Below, one piece after another: positions 1-9,871 of a stretch of DNA of 32,000 bases (position 1 is its first letter; each line of letters begins with the position of its first letter). The DNA lies in contig NC_006576.1 in the NCBI RefSeq assembly GCF_000010065.1, positions 1,830,001 to 1,862,000 on the forward strand, written 5' to 3'. Both the position numbers and the translations under genes were made by a program. Under the pieces are notes generated by a model, which was not told the origin of the DNA, did not search any database, and worked only from the letters and a program-made list of their open reading frames with translations. The stretch comes from Synechococcus elongatus PCC 6301. GTDB taxonomy: Bacteria > Cyanobacteriota > Cyanobacteriia > Synechococcales > Synechococcaceae.

Positions 1-171
<171 letters not shown>

Positions 172-376
172 ATTTGCCAGTCACAGCCTCGGGGTGCGAT
201 CGCGCCCCAAGGTTGAGTCTTAGCGCCGTTAGCCTAGCTGGCAGCGATCGCTTTGACTGGCTGGTTGCTGGGACCCCAAATGGGATCCTGTCGGAGGACT
301 GGCCAGAGCTGCCTGCGATCGCAAATAAGGAGTGTCAAAATGAAGAAATGTTGCGTTTCTGATCGCTCCAGCAGTC

Positions 377-1432
377 ATGGCGGATCCCATCACTAAGTTT
401 GCCTACCAGACCTTTCAGCAGAGCAAAAGCCTGCTGGGGCTGACTCACAAGAACCTCAGCACGCAACTGATGCGGTTGCTCGCACCCACGAATGGTGAGC
501 GAGAAGGTATCTCGCCAGCTCTGATGAGCCAACTGCAGGCGTCGATGCAAGTGTTGCTCGACGAAGACTATGCAGATGCTGAGGCCGGCGTCTATCCGCT
601 GTCGCAGCTGTTCGATACGCCGTGGCAGGACATCGTGCAGCAATATCCCCGCCTCTGGCTGGATATGCCATCAACTTGGCAGCGCGCCCGCGAGAAGCGC
701 TATCAAGACTTTGATGAAACCGTCGAAACCGATCGCTATCCCAGCTACTACGTCCAAAACTTTCATCACCAGACGGGCGGCTACCTGACCGAGGAATCGG
801 CAGAGCTCTACGATCTGCAGGTCGAGATTCTCTTTAACGGCACCGCCGATCCGATGCGGCGGCGAATTCTGCGCCCCCTCAAGCAGGGACTGCAAGCCTT
901 GGCTCGCCCTGAAAAAGATCTACGTGTGCTGGATGTGGCTTGCGGCACGGGTCGGACCCTGCGCCATTTGCGATCGGCACTGCCCAGCGCCAACCTCTAC
1001 GGCACCGACCTATCGCCCGCCTATCTCCGTAAAGCCAACCAACTCCTCTCAGAACGGCCGGGAGAACTACCGCAACTGCTGCAGGCTAACGCGGAAGAAC
1101 TGCCCTATCAAGATGGCTTCTTCCAAGGCGTGACTTCTGTTTTCCTCTTCCATGAATTGCCGCCGCAAGCTCGGCAAAACGTGATCAATGAATGCTTCCG
1201 CGTGCTTGAAGCGGGCGGCACCGTTGTCCTCAATGATTCGATTCAGGCGATCGACTCACCGGAATTCCGCCCTCTGATGGATGGCTTCTATCAGATGTTC
1301 CACGAGCCCTACTACCGTCATTACATGGAAGATGATCTCTGCGATCGCCTTGGCCAAGCGGGGTTTGTCGATATCCAAACCAGCAACCACTTTATGAGCA
1401 AAATCTGGGTGGCCCGCAAGCCGATCGCCTAA
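377..1432 (+). CDS. SAM-dependent class I methyltransferase
   Basis: 351 aa ORF with VLDVACGTGRTLRHL (motif I), NLYGTDLSPAYL, GVTSVFLFHELP and FRVLEAGGTVVLNDS. Confidence 0.85.
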   Translation: MADPITKFAYQTFQQSKSLLGLTHKNLSTQLMRLLAPTNGEREGISPALMSQLQASMQVLLDEDYADAEAGVYPLSQLFDTPWQDIVQQYPRLWLDMPSTWQRAREKRYQDFDETVETDRYPSYYVQNFHHQTGGYLTEESAELYDLQVEILFNGTADPMRRRILRPLKQGLQALARPEKDLRVLDVACGTGRTLRHLRSALPSANLYGTDLSPAYLRKANQLLSERPGELPQLLQANAEELPYQDGFFQGVTSVFLFHELPPQARQNVINECFRVLEAGGTVVLNDSIQAIDSPEFRPLMDGFYQMFHEPYYRHYMEDDLCDRLGQAGFVDIQTSNHFMSKIWVARKPIA

Positions 1433-1435
1433 TCG

Positions 1436-1476
1436 CTGCTGCGATCGCCACAGAGGAGCGATCGCAGCAGGCTTTT
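1436..1476 (+). terminator. Rho-independent terminator-like hairpin built from two HIP1 copies
   Basis: CTGCTGCGATCGC (1436-1448) / GCGATCGCAGCAG (1458-1470), 13-bp perfect arms followed by GCTTTT, just after the methyltransferase stop. Confidence 0.6.
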
Positions 1477-1766
1477 ACAACGAAATAAGTCAGTCAACTT
1501 TGCTGTTCAGCGATAACCAGACGAAGTCACTGCCCAAATTCAAGGTTGGTAGTGATGGCATTGCAGTCTCTAATCTAGTTAGAACGCTGAATTTAGCTGA
1601 CAATCGTCCAAGACCAGGGGCAAGAGCCTCTGGCTCCCCTATCTTGAGACTATCTCAACTGAAACAAGGGCTATCACAGCCAATTTTAGTCAATCTTTGT
1701 GATGCGAAACTGAGAAAAACTGACCAAGAAACTCAAGAGCCAGCATAATTTGATTAACTCTTTTGA

Positions 1767-2588
1767 GTGACTGCCATGGGCTACTCTCTTGTTCTGATTG
1801 TACTGGTCCTCTATTTCTTATTGGCAGGCTTGAAAATCGATCGAGAATATCAACGCGGTATCATTTATCGGCTTGGTCGAGTCCGACGATTGAGAGGGCC
1901 GGGACTATACTGGATCTTTCCCGGAATTGAACAAAAAGTACAAGTTGATTTAAGACTGCGAACAGTTAATATTGAGCCTCAAGAAACTGTCACTGCAGAC
2001 AGCGTCACGATTCGAGTAAATGCGGTGCTTTACTACCGGATGATTGACCCTGTCAAAGCCATTAACTCGGTTGAAAGTTATCGAGATGCTGTTTATCAGA
2101 TTGCTCTCACAACTTTGCGGAATGTGATTGGTCAAAATCTGCTAGATGATGTTCTGCAGAACCGCGATCGTATCAATTTCAATGTTCAACAAATTGTAGA
2201 TGAAGTCACCGAACCTTGGGGGATTGTGATCGAGCGGGTTGAGATGAAGGATGTCGAAATCCCGCTGAGTATGCAGCGAGCGATGGCTAAGGAAGCAGAA
2301 GCAGTTCGTGAAAAACGGGCTCGACGGATTAAAGCTGAGGCAGAACTAGAAGCATCTGAGAAGTTGACTGCGGCGTCTCGAATGATTAGTTCTAGTCCTG
2401 CTGCGCTGGAACTTCGTCGCTTACAAATGCTGGCAGAAATTGGTACAGAAAATAACACAACTACCGTCTTGATGTTGCCTTCTGACTTTCCAGTCTTGGC
2501 AAATCGACTGGCAGATTATTTAGGTCAACTACCAGTTACTTCATCACCCGTAGAAAGATCAAATGCGGGTGTCTCCGATCAAGAATAG
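1767..2588 (+). CDS. SPFH/stomatin-prohibitin family membrane protein (slipin-like)
   Basis: N-terminal TM segment then QRGIIYRLGRVRRLRGPGLYWIFPGIEQ, VTADSVTIRVNAVLYYR and AEAVREKRARRIKAEAELEA. ORF opens with GTG; an in-frame ATG lies 3 codons in. Confidence 0.85.
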   Translation: MTAMGYSLVLIVLVLYFLLAGLKIDREYQRGIIYRLGRVRRLRGPGLYWIFPGIEQKVQVDLRLRTVNIEPQETVTADSVTIRVNAVLYYRMIDPVKAINSVESYRDAVYQIALTTLRNVIGQNLLDDVLQNRDRINFNVQQIVDEVTEPWGIVIERVEMKDVEIPLSMQRAMAKEAEAVREKRARRIKAEAELEASEKLTAASRMISSSPAALELRRLQMLAEIGTENNTTTVLMLPSDFPVLANRLADYLGQLPVTSSPVERSNAGVSDQE

Positions 2589-2605
2589 CTTCCTGAAACA
2601 TACCT

Positions 2606-2977
2606 TTAGCTCAAGAGCATCATATTGAGGGCCGTAATTGCTGGATCCATGTTGCTGGTGGGCCGAATGATTCTGATTTTTAAGGCACCGAGAACTGAAA
2701 TAAAGATCTTAATTTCGGAATCCAGATCGATTGTGCCAGCAGTTTCATAGGAAAATGCTTGAATGCGAGAGATAGGAATTGAGAGATATTCCTGTTTCTT
2801 GCCAGTGATGCCTTGCTTGTCGATCAGTAGAATGCGCCGAGTCGTAAAGAACAAGAGATCTCGCGCTCCTTTGTAGGCACAGTAGATCATCTCGTCCTTT
2901 ACAAAGACTCCTGCTCGTACCGAACAAGACTGAGGATCAACAGGCGCTAAACCAATCGCAGATTTAAATTCCTGCAT
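2606..2977 (-). CDS. Small bacterial PH-domain protein
   Basis: 123 aa ORF containing DLLFFTTRRILLIDKQGITGKKQEYLSIPISRIQAFSYETAGTIDLDSEIKI, resembling bacterial PH (DUF1696-type) proteins. Confidence 0.7.
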   Translation of the reverse strand: MQEFKSAIGLAPVDPQSCSVRAGVFVKDEMIYCAYKGARDLLFFTTRRILLIDKQGITGKKQEYLSIPISRIQAFSYETAGTIDLDSEIKIFISVLGALKIRIIRPTSNMDPAITALNMMLLS

Positions 2978-3001
2978 CTCTTGGGCTCAAGCTGAAGGTT
3001 C

Positions 3002-4036
3002 TTAGGCGATCGCAGGGGCTGAAGGCTGGCGGAGCCAATCTTGTAAAACCTGACTGGGTGGTTGGGCGTGGGGCCAAGCAAAGGCATGACGGAAAGATGC
3101 CGTTTGGCAGGCTTGTAGTTGCTGAAAGTCAATGACATCAGCAGTCAGTAGGGCTTCATATTCTGCCGGCAGCCGCACATTGTGAAGACCGGCATTGTCG
3201 GTACAGATGACGATATCAACGCCTGCTTCAAAGCAGCGATCGAAGACTGTCCTCAGTGCTGCGATCTCCGTCAGAGTACCGGTTTGAATATAGGTGGTAG
3301 GGCAGACTTCTAGGCATTGCCCCCGTGCCGCTAGCTCTGGCAACAATTCGGGATAGTGCAGCGGAATTTGGATGCCGTGGCCAATCCGCATCAAGTACGG
3401 CAATAGGTCGGGATAGCAGCCATCGCGGGTTTCAAATAGGTGGCCTGTCGTCTTCAGGCCCAGTTCCCGCGCCCAGTTGAAGAGCTCAATGAACTCTGGT
3501 AGCCGCTCTGCGTAGGCGCGATCGCCCCCTGCTACATCGATCGCACAAACTGTCGGCACACAGTCCGCGGCCAGTTGCACCATTGCCCGATTGACTTCGT
3601 AGGGCAAATGGGTGTGTAGGCAGAGGATTTGGGGCATCAGCAAGGGATAGCCCGGCACTTGGCTGGCGGCGGCAACACATTGCACCACTGCGGGCATCAA
3701 GTCCAAACGCTCAGTTTGGGACAGTGTTGCTGGAGTCCGCAGATAGGGGGTGTAGCGCAGTTCCAGATAAGCCAAGTTCTCGAAGGTGTAGGCACCCCGC
3801 ACCAACCGTTGGATGAAGTAGGGCAGCGTGCCAGTCGTTTGAGTTGACTCCACCAACTTGTGAATTTCGAGATATTCCGCCAACGAGGCCTTGGGGGCGG
3901 TGTAGAACTGCTCGAAATCGCCGTAGTGGGCAAAGCGATCGATAATTTCGGACTGCGATCGCTGCAAAAAGCGCCAGAGAATGCGAGGCACAACTGCGCC
4001 GCCCAAGTGGCGATGCAAATCGGCAAAAAGCGCCAT
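3002..4036 (-). CDS. Adenosine deaminase-like metal-dependent hydrolase
   Basis: Contains FADLHRHLGGAVVPRILW, GLKTTGHLFE, RIGHGIQI, LEVCPTTYIQTG and VDIVICTDNAGLH. Start placed at internal ATG (4034-4036) in the longer ORF 3002..4072. Confidence 0.8.
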   Translation of the reverse strand: MALFADLHRHLGGAVVPRILWRFLQRSQSEIIDRFAHYGDFEQFYTAPKASLAEYLEIHKLVESTQTTGTLPYFIQRLVRGAYTFENLAYLELRYTPYLRTPATLSQTERLDLMPAVVQCVAAASQVPGYPLLMPQILCLHTHLPYEVNRAMVQLAADCVPTVCAIDVAGGDRAYAERLPEFIELFNWARELGLKTTGHLFETRDGCYPDLLPYLMRIGHGIQIPLHYPELLPELAARGQCLEVCPTTYIQTGTLTEIAALRTVFDRCFEAGVDIVICTDNAGLHNVRLPAEYEALLTADVIDFQQLQACQTASFRHAFAWPHAQPPSQVLQDWLRQPSAPAIA

Positions 4037-4221
4037 AATCCTGCTCCCATCCCAGGGGCGGCACGCGCCCAATTGTTAAGCTTTGTGAGTCATTCAAGCC
4101 TAACGCAGCCTGATTGGAGCGTCATTTTCGATACGTCGCATTGATCAGGACGGTTTGACAGGCGCCAAAGCGGCGTCGGATAATCCCCTTTTGTGCAAAT
4201 TTCGAGCGCAGTCGAAAGACC

Positions 4222-5556
4222 TTGGCGAACGTAGTCGTAATCGGGGCCCAGTGGGGCGACGAGGGCAAAGGCAAAATCACTGACCTGCTCAGCCGGTCAG
4301 CAGATGTCGTTGTCCGCTATCAGGGGGGCGTCAACGCGGGTCATACCGTGGTGGTGGGCGAGCAAACCCTGAAGCTGCATCTGATCCCCTCAGGCATTCT
4401 TTACCCCGACACCCAATGCATCATTGGTTCGGGCACCGTCATTGACCCCAAGGTCCTTCTGGGCGAGGTCGAGATGCTGGAGCAGCTAGGGATCTCCACC
4501 GATCACCTGCTGATTTCCCAAACCGCCCATGTGACGATGCCCTACCATCGCTTGATCGATCAAGCATCGGAGCAACAACGGGGCAGTCATAAGATCGGCA
4601 CCACCGGCCGGGGCATTGGGCCTACCTATGCCGACAAATCGGAGCGAACCGGCATTCGCATTCTGGACCTGATGGATCCCGAAGGCTTGCGGGAACAGCT
4701 TACTTGGACGATCGCCCAGAAAAACGTCATTCTCGACAAGCTCTACGGCCTACCGCCGCTCGATGCTGAGAGCGTTATCGAAGAATATTCGGGCTATGCA
4801 GAGCGGCTGCGCCCTCACGTCGTCGACAGCTCGTTGACGATCGATGAAGCGTGGCGCAAGCGCAAAAACATTCTGTTTGAAGGCGCGCAAGGTACCCTGC
4901 TCGACCTCGACCACGGCACCTATCCCTACGTCACCTCCTCCAATCCCGTGGCGGGAGGTGCTTGTATTGGCGCGGGCGTTGGCCCCACGATTATTGACCG
5001 TGTGATTGGGGTGGCGAAAGCCTACACGACCCGCGTTGGGGAAGGCCCTTTCCCGACAGAACTCCACGGCGACATCGGCGAATTGCTCTGTCAGCGCGGG
5101 GCTGAATTTGGGACGACCACCGGTCGTCGACGCCGCTGCGGCTGGTTTGATGCGGTGATCGGTCGTTACGCGGTGCGGATTAACGGTATTGACTGTCTGG
5201 CGATCACCAAGCTCGATGTCTTGGATGATCTGGATGAAATTCAGGTCTGTGTTGCTTACGACATCGATGGCGAGCGCTGCGACCATTTCCCCAGTAGTGC
5301 CCGTAGTTTTGCCAACTGCCAGCCGATCTACAAAACGGTGCCGGGTTGGAAGCAATCGACGTCTCACTGCCGTAACTTGGAAGACCTGCCCAAAGCTGCC
5401 CTGGATTATCTGAAGTTCCTGGCGGAATTGATGGAAGTCCCGATCGCGATCGTCTCCTTGGGCGCTAGCCGTGACCAGACGATCATCGTCGAAGACCCCA
5501 TCCATGGGCCGAAGCGTGCTTTGCTCCACACCAACGGCGACAGCAGCGCGAGCTAG
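4222..5556 (+). CDS. purA: Adenylosuccinate synthetase
   Basis: 444 aa; [70 protein letters not shown] start. Confidence 0.97.
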   Translation: MANVVVIGAQWGDEGKGKITDLLSRSADVVVRYQGGVNAGHTVVVGEQTLKLHLIPSGILYPDTQCIIGSGTVIDPKVLLGEVEMLEQLGISTDHLLISQTAHVTMPYHRLIDQASEQQRGSHKIGTTGRGIGPTYADKSERTGIRILDLMDPEGLREQLTWTIAQKNVILDKLYGLPPLDAESVIEEYSGYAERLRPHVVDSSLTIDEAWRKRKNILFEGAQGTLLDLDHGTYPYVTSSNPVAGGACIGAGVGPTIIDRVIGVAKAYTTRVGEGPFPTELHGDIGELLCQRGAEFGTTTGRRRRCGWFDAVIGRYAVRINGIDCLAITKLDVLDDLDEIQVCVAYDIDGERCDHFPSSARSFANCQPIYKTVPGWKQSTSHCRNLEDLPKAALDYLKFLAELMEVPIAIVSLGASRDQTIIVEDPIHGPKRALLHTNGDSSAS

Positions 5557-5631
5557 GCGATCGGCTGCCGGTAAGAGAGACAACAGGCAAGGAGTCAATC
5601 CTCCTTGTCAAAAATCAATTTGAGTAAAATC

Positions 5632-6018
5632 ATGACCCGCCAAAATATTTCCTCCGGTTCCGCCTGGGAGCCTGTGCTGGGCTATTCCCGCGCCGTCAAG
5701 GTCGGACCCTACGTCCATGTCTCTGGCACTACGGCCAGCACCCCGGACGGCGTTGTTGGTCTGGGTGATCCCTACGAGCAAACCAAAGCAGCGCTAAAGA
5801 CGATCGCACAAGCACTGACAGAGGCGGGTGCCCAACTCTCTGATGTAGTGCGGACGCGGCTCTACGTCACGGATATTTCACGCTGGGAAGAAATCGGGAA
5901 AGCCCATGGCGAGGTGTTTGGGGAAATTCGTCCCGCCATGGCGATCGTGGAAGTGAGCCAATTGATCTCGCCGGAATTGCTCGTCGAAATTGGGGCGGAT
6001 GCCTACATCGGCGAATAG
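5632..6018 (+). CDS. RidA/YjgF family enamine/imine deaminase-like protein
   Basis: GPYVHVSGTTAS, YEQTKAALKTIAQALTEAGAQLSDVVRTRLYVTDIS, RPAMAIVEVSQL. ATG at 5632 is more likely than the TTG at 5605. Confidence 0.85.
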   Translation: MTRQNISSGSAWEPVLGYSRAVKVGPYVHVSGTTASTPDGVVGLGDPYEQTKAALKTIAQALTEAGAQLSDVVRTRLYVTDISRWEEIGKAHGEVFGEIRPAMAIVEVSQLISPELLVEIGADAYIGE

Positions 6019-6040
6019 CTGCTCTCATCAATTCCCACAG

Positions 6041-6080
6041 CCCCTCAGGTTGCTTAACGCAATGGCCTGAGGGGTTTTTT
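6041..6080 (+). terminator. Rho-independent terminator
   Basis: CCCCTCAGG (6041-6049) / CCTGAGGGG (6066-6074), perfect 9-bp arms, then TTTTTT, after the RidA stop. Confidence 0.9.
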
Positions 6081-6088
6081 GTCATTTT

Positions 6089-6931
6089 CTAGGGCACTGA
6101 CGCTGTGGATGGGGTTGGCAGGTTGTCCAAAAAACTAAGCGGCCGATTCATGGTGGCAGAAAAGCCAAGGATGCCGTGATCGCGATGCTCGTAAATTAAC
6201 TGGCGATCGCGATCGAACAGGAAAGTACCGCCGCGTTGGGTCATGTAGCTGGTATCAGGGACGTAAGTACGCCAATGACCGAGGGATTCCGCCATGTTGC
6301 GGAGGCGTAGCGTTGCCAATTCCATCGGTCGCTGGAAGCCAGAGCCGCCCGCAAGGTTAAAAAAGTTGCCTTTGATGGGTGGTAGCGGTGCAGCCTGTAC
6401 CGTTTCTTCGGCGGCAATGAGTTGGGGTGCACTGCGATCGCCGCGATAGCCCCGAAGCACTTCCGCCAACGTGCCGGGGCTACCAATGCCAGCACACATC
6501 AACAGCAGATTCAGCCAAGCCTTGGCAGCGGGGGAAAAGCCAGGAATTGACAGTTGTAGTCCCGGATAGAGCTCTAGTTCTTGATGCAAGCTAGCTGTGG
6601 GATCAACAAAGAGCTGATCGGCGGGAAAGCCGGTGAACTCGCAGAAGCGCTGGCCTGAGTCACGATCGCCAATGCCGACTGCGCGAATCGTCAGCCCAAG
6701 TTGCTGGATCTGATCCTGTTCTCGCTGCAACCACTGGGCATATTCCAAGCTGTCGAAGTCGCCCAACTGCGGCCAAATCAAGACCAGCAGGCGATCGCTG
6801 CTTTCAGTGCCAGCAAGGACTGGCGCGATCGCCCCATCACTGACCCGTTGACGCTGACAAGCCTGCAAGAGCGGGTAAGGGTTGATGGGTGCTGGAGTCA
6901 TGGCTGGAGAAGCGGTCGTAACGGAAGGCAT
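6089..6931 (-). CDS. Peroxiredoxin-like (AhpC/TSA-related) family protein
   Basis: ORF with LLVLIWPQLGDFDSLEYAQWLQREQDQIQQLGLTIRAVGIGD...FPADQLFVDPTASLHQELELYPG; thioredoxin-like fold pattern. Start could also be the ATG at 6901. Confidence 0.6.
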   Translation of the reverse strand: MPSVTTASPAMTPAPINPYPLLQACQRQRVSDGAIAPVLAGTESSDRLLVLIWPQLGDFDSLEYAQWLQREQDQIQQLGLTIRAVGIGDRDSGQRFCEFTGFPADQLFVDPTASLHQELELYPGLQLSIPGFSPAAKAWLNLLLMCAGIGSPGTLAEVLRGYRGDRSAPQLIAAEETVQAAPLPPIKGNFFNLAGGSGFQRPMELATLRLRNMAESLGHWRTYVPDTSYMTQRGGTFLFDRDRQLIYEHRDHGILGFSATMNRPLSFLDNLPTPSTASVP

Positions 6932-7976
6932 GAAGCAGTTGATCCGTGCAGTGGTCGAGAATTTGGTCAGCGAGTAGCTGAGCGGTAATTGGGGCGAGCA
7001 GCATACCGTTGCGGTAGTGGCCGGTCGCCAAGAATAAGTTCTCAGCGGGGCCTTGCCCCAGGATCGGCCATTCATCTGGTGTCGCGGGACGGTATCCCCA
7101 CCAAGTTTCAACCAGTGGACAGTCCGCCAGAGCCGGAACGAGGGCGATCGCCTCGGCCATCAAGCTCTGTAAGGGGCCAGCGGTGTTGCCAGTCCTGAAT
7201 CCCGCCGTCGCTTCCATGGTGGCACCGACCACAATCAGACCATCTCGGCGCGGCACAATATACACCCGCTCACCAAACAAAACGTGGTTCAGCAAACGCG
7301 GGTCAGCTTGCAGCGAGAACATTTGGCCTTTAACGGGATAGACCGGCAGTTGTAGCCAGTCGCCGGACCAAGCGCCGGTTGCCAGAACGTAGGCGTCAGC
7401 TTGAACTGGCCCGCGATCGGTCATCGCGGATTGCAGGCGATCGCCTGTTACAGATAACTCCCGCAGCGCCACGCTTTCATGGATCGTGACGCCACTGGCG
7501 ATCGCGGCGGCTCGCAGCGCTGGATACAGGGCACGGCGACTATCAACTTGCCCTTCTTGGGAAAACCACCAGCCACCGATTAGGTCAGAGCATAGTGCGG
7601 GCTGAAAGTCTCGTAAGTCCGCTGCCGAGAGCCATTGCCCCGGAGATTCTGCTGGATGAGGATAGCGATCGCGATTTTTGGCCTCACTCAGGGGCACCAA
7701 AATGCCGCAGGGCCAGTAGCCACTGTCTTGACCGCTGAGTTGTTCGAGTTGCTGGGTCCAGCGGGCGTAGAGCGATCGGCTGCGCAGCCCCAGATCCAGC
7801 ATGGGCCCGACTTCGATGCCTTCCGACTGGGGCGCCAACATCCCTGCTGCCACACGACCTGCCGCCGCCTGAGTGTTTTGACTGTAGACCTGCACCATCG
7901 CGCCTCGCGATCGCAGTTCTAGCGCGATCGCCAAGCCAATGACGCCGCCCCCAAAGACGGCTACCTCGAACGCCAT
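6837..7976 (-). CDS. thiO: Glycine oxidase (thiamine biosynthesis), FAD-dependent
   Basis: 379 aa; VAVFGGGVIGLAIALELRSRGAMVQVY, AGRVAAGMLAPQSEG, PVKGQMFSLQ, NLFLATGHYRNGMLLAPITAQLLADQI. Confidence 0.85.
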   Translation of the reverse strand: MAFEVAVFGGGVIGLAIALELRSRGAMVQVYSQNTQAAAGRVAAGMLAPQSEGIEVGPMLDLGLRSRSLYARWTQQLEQLSGQDSGYWPCGILVPLSEAKNRDRYPHPAESPGQWLSAADLRDFQPALCSDLIGGWWFSQEGQVDSRRALYPALRAAAIASGVTIHESVALRELSVTGDRLQSAMTDRGPVQADAYVLATGAWSGDWLQLPVYPVKGQMFSLQADPRLLNHVLFGERVYIVPRRDGLIVVGATMEATAGFRTGNTAGPLQSLMAEAIALVPALADCPLVETWWGYRPATPDEWPILGQGPAENLFLATGHYRNGMLLAPITAQLLADQILDHCTDQLLHAFRYDRFSSHDSSTHQPLPALAGLSASTGQ

Positions 7977-8033
7977 GTCGCTTTCCGTATCCTCAATCTC
8001 CTAGTATGACGGCGGTTCCCAAGAAGTCAGGCA

Positions 8034-8429
8034 ATGGAGATTGCCGTTTTGCGTTTGCGACCGGGTCAGGATCTCAAACAAGCCCTGTGGGATTGGACAC
8101 AGGAACACCAACCCAGTGCGGCTTGCTTGCTTAGTGCGGTCGGCAGTCTGGATGCGGTTTGCCTGCGACTGGCCGGCGGCGATCGCCAATTCCAGCGACA
8201 AGAGCCTCACGAAATTCTGAGTCTGAGCGGCACCTTCTGTCTGGATGGACTGCACCTTCATCTCGCGATCGCGGATGCCACGGGCTAGGTCTGGGGCGGT
8301 CATCTGCTGGACGGTTGCCGTATCTTCACCACAGCAGAACTGGTGCTTGGGATCTTGCCCGACTGGCAGTTTGAGCGCCAACGCGATGCGCAGACGAGAT
8401 ACCCAGAGTTAGAGGCTAAACGTTTATGA
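8034..8429 (+). pseudogene. DUF296/PPC-domain protein interrupted by one in-frame TAG (8286-8288)
   Basis: MEIAVLRLRPGQDLKQALWDWTQEHQPSAACLLSAVGSLDAVCLRLAGG...SLSGTFCLDGLHLHLAIADATG[TAG]VWGGHLLDGCRIFTTAELVLGILPDWQFERQRDAQTRYPELEAKRL*. Domain motif GH.HLHLAIAD..G-x-VWGGHL spans the stop with no frame change. Confidence 0.75.
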
Positions 8430-8441
8430 AATTTTTAAAAG

Positions 8442-9220
<779 letters not shown>

Positions 9221-9278
9221 CGCCTCCCCTACAGACTTGCGGGGAGGATGCCCTAAATTCGCCGATGGGCAACAGGAC

Positions 9279-9563
9279 CTAAGCTTTACTGGCTCGCGCC
9301 GATCGCAGCATTGCAATCAAGGTCTGGTGCGCGTCTTCGGAGTCCTGTAGCTCGTGGTCGAAGCTAACTTGCAGCGATCGCGATCCCGTGGCTTCCACCA
9401 CATCCAAAACCATGGCTGCTGGCGTAATGCCCGTCAGAGTCGCCGCCGTCGCTTCCGTTGCGCCGCCATAGACTTTGGCATAAACCAAGACCGCATCCGC
9501 ATGGTCTTCATTCATGTGGCGACAGATGCGATCGCTAACTGCTGAAGTGAGTGGATCAGCCAT
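9279..9563 (-). CDS. DUF2470 / heme-iron-utilisation-related domain protein
   Basis: DRICRHMNEDHADAVLVYAKVYGG...VVEATGSRSLQVSFDHELQDSEDAHQTLIAMLR. Confidence 0.75.
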   Translation of the reverse strand: MADPLTSAVSDRICRHMNEDHADAVLVYAKVYGGATEATAATLTGITPAAMVLDVVEATGSRSLQVSFDHELQDSEDAHQTLIAMLRSARASKA

Positions 9564-9655
9564 CGTTTTTTCCTCTGCTCAGGTCATTTAGAAGCGATCT
9601 TAGACCGGTCACTCGGCTGCTCTGCCTCTAGTCCTAGAAAGAGCTGCAGCGATCG

Positions 9656-9775
9656 CTAGGAAAGAACGTGGGCTTTGAGGAGCAGCGCACTGATCAGGCG
9701 ATAGCCACTGAAGCTGACAAAGCCTAGCAAGACAACAAAGAGAGCGACATTGAAGACATCGCGCAGGCGATCCAT
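9656..9775 (-). CDS. Putative small single-TM protein, 39 aa, below the ORF-track cutoff
   Basis: ATG..TAG minus-strand ORF MDRLRDVFNVALFVVLLGFVSFSGYRLISALLLKAHVLS*, lying in an otherwise unassigned gap. Confidence 0.4.
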   Translation of the reverse strand: MDRLRDVFNVALFVVLLGFVSFSGYRLISALLLKAHVLS

Positions 9776-9871
9776 AGACAAATCCAGCTGAAATGCGCCC
9801 TCACTCTATCAAGCGATCGCGCTCTCACTCGGGTCGAGCAGCAATCCGTTATAAAGCTTGCGCTGAAGCCG

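Noticed and set aside
4750-5598. 282-aa minus-strand ORF
   Set aside because: Fully antisense to the unambiguous purA gene; low-complexity Arg/Ala-rich translation, a typical high-GC shadow ORF.
8001-8381. 126-aa minus-strand ORF
   Set aside because: Considered as the real gene here, but the plus strand carries clear DUF296 motifs across the TAG, so the minus ORF is likely a shadow.
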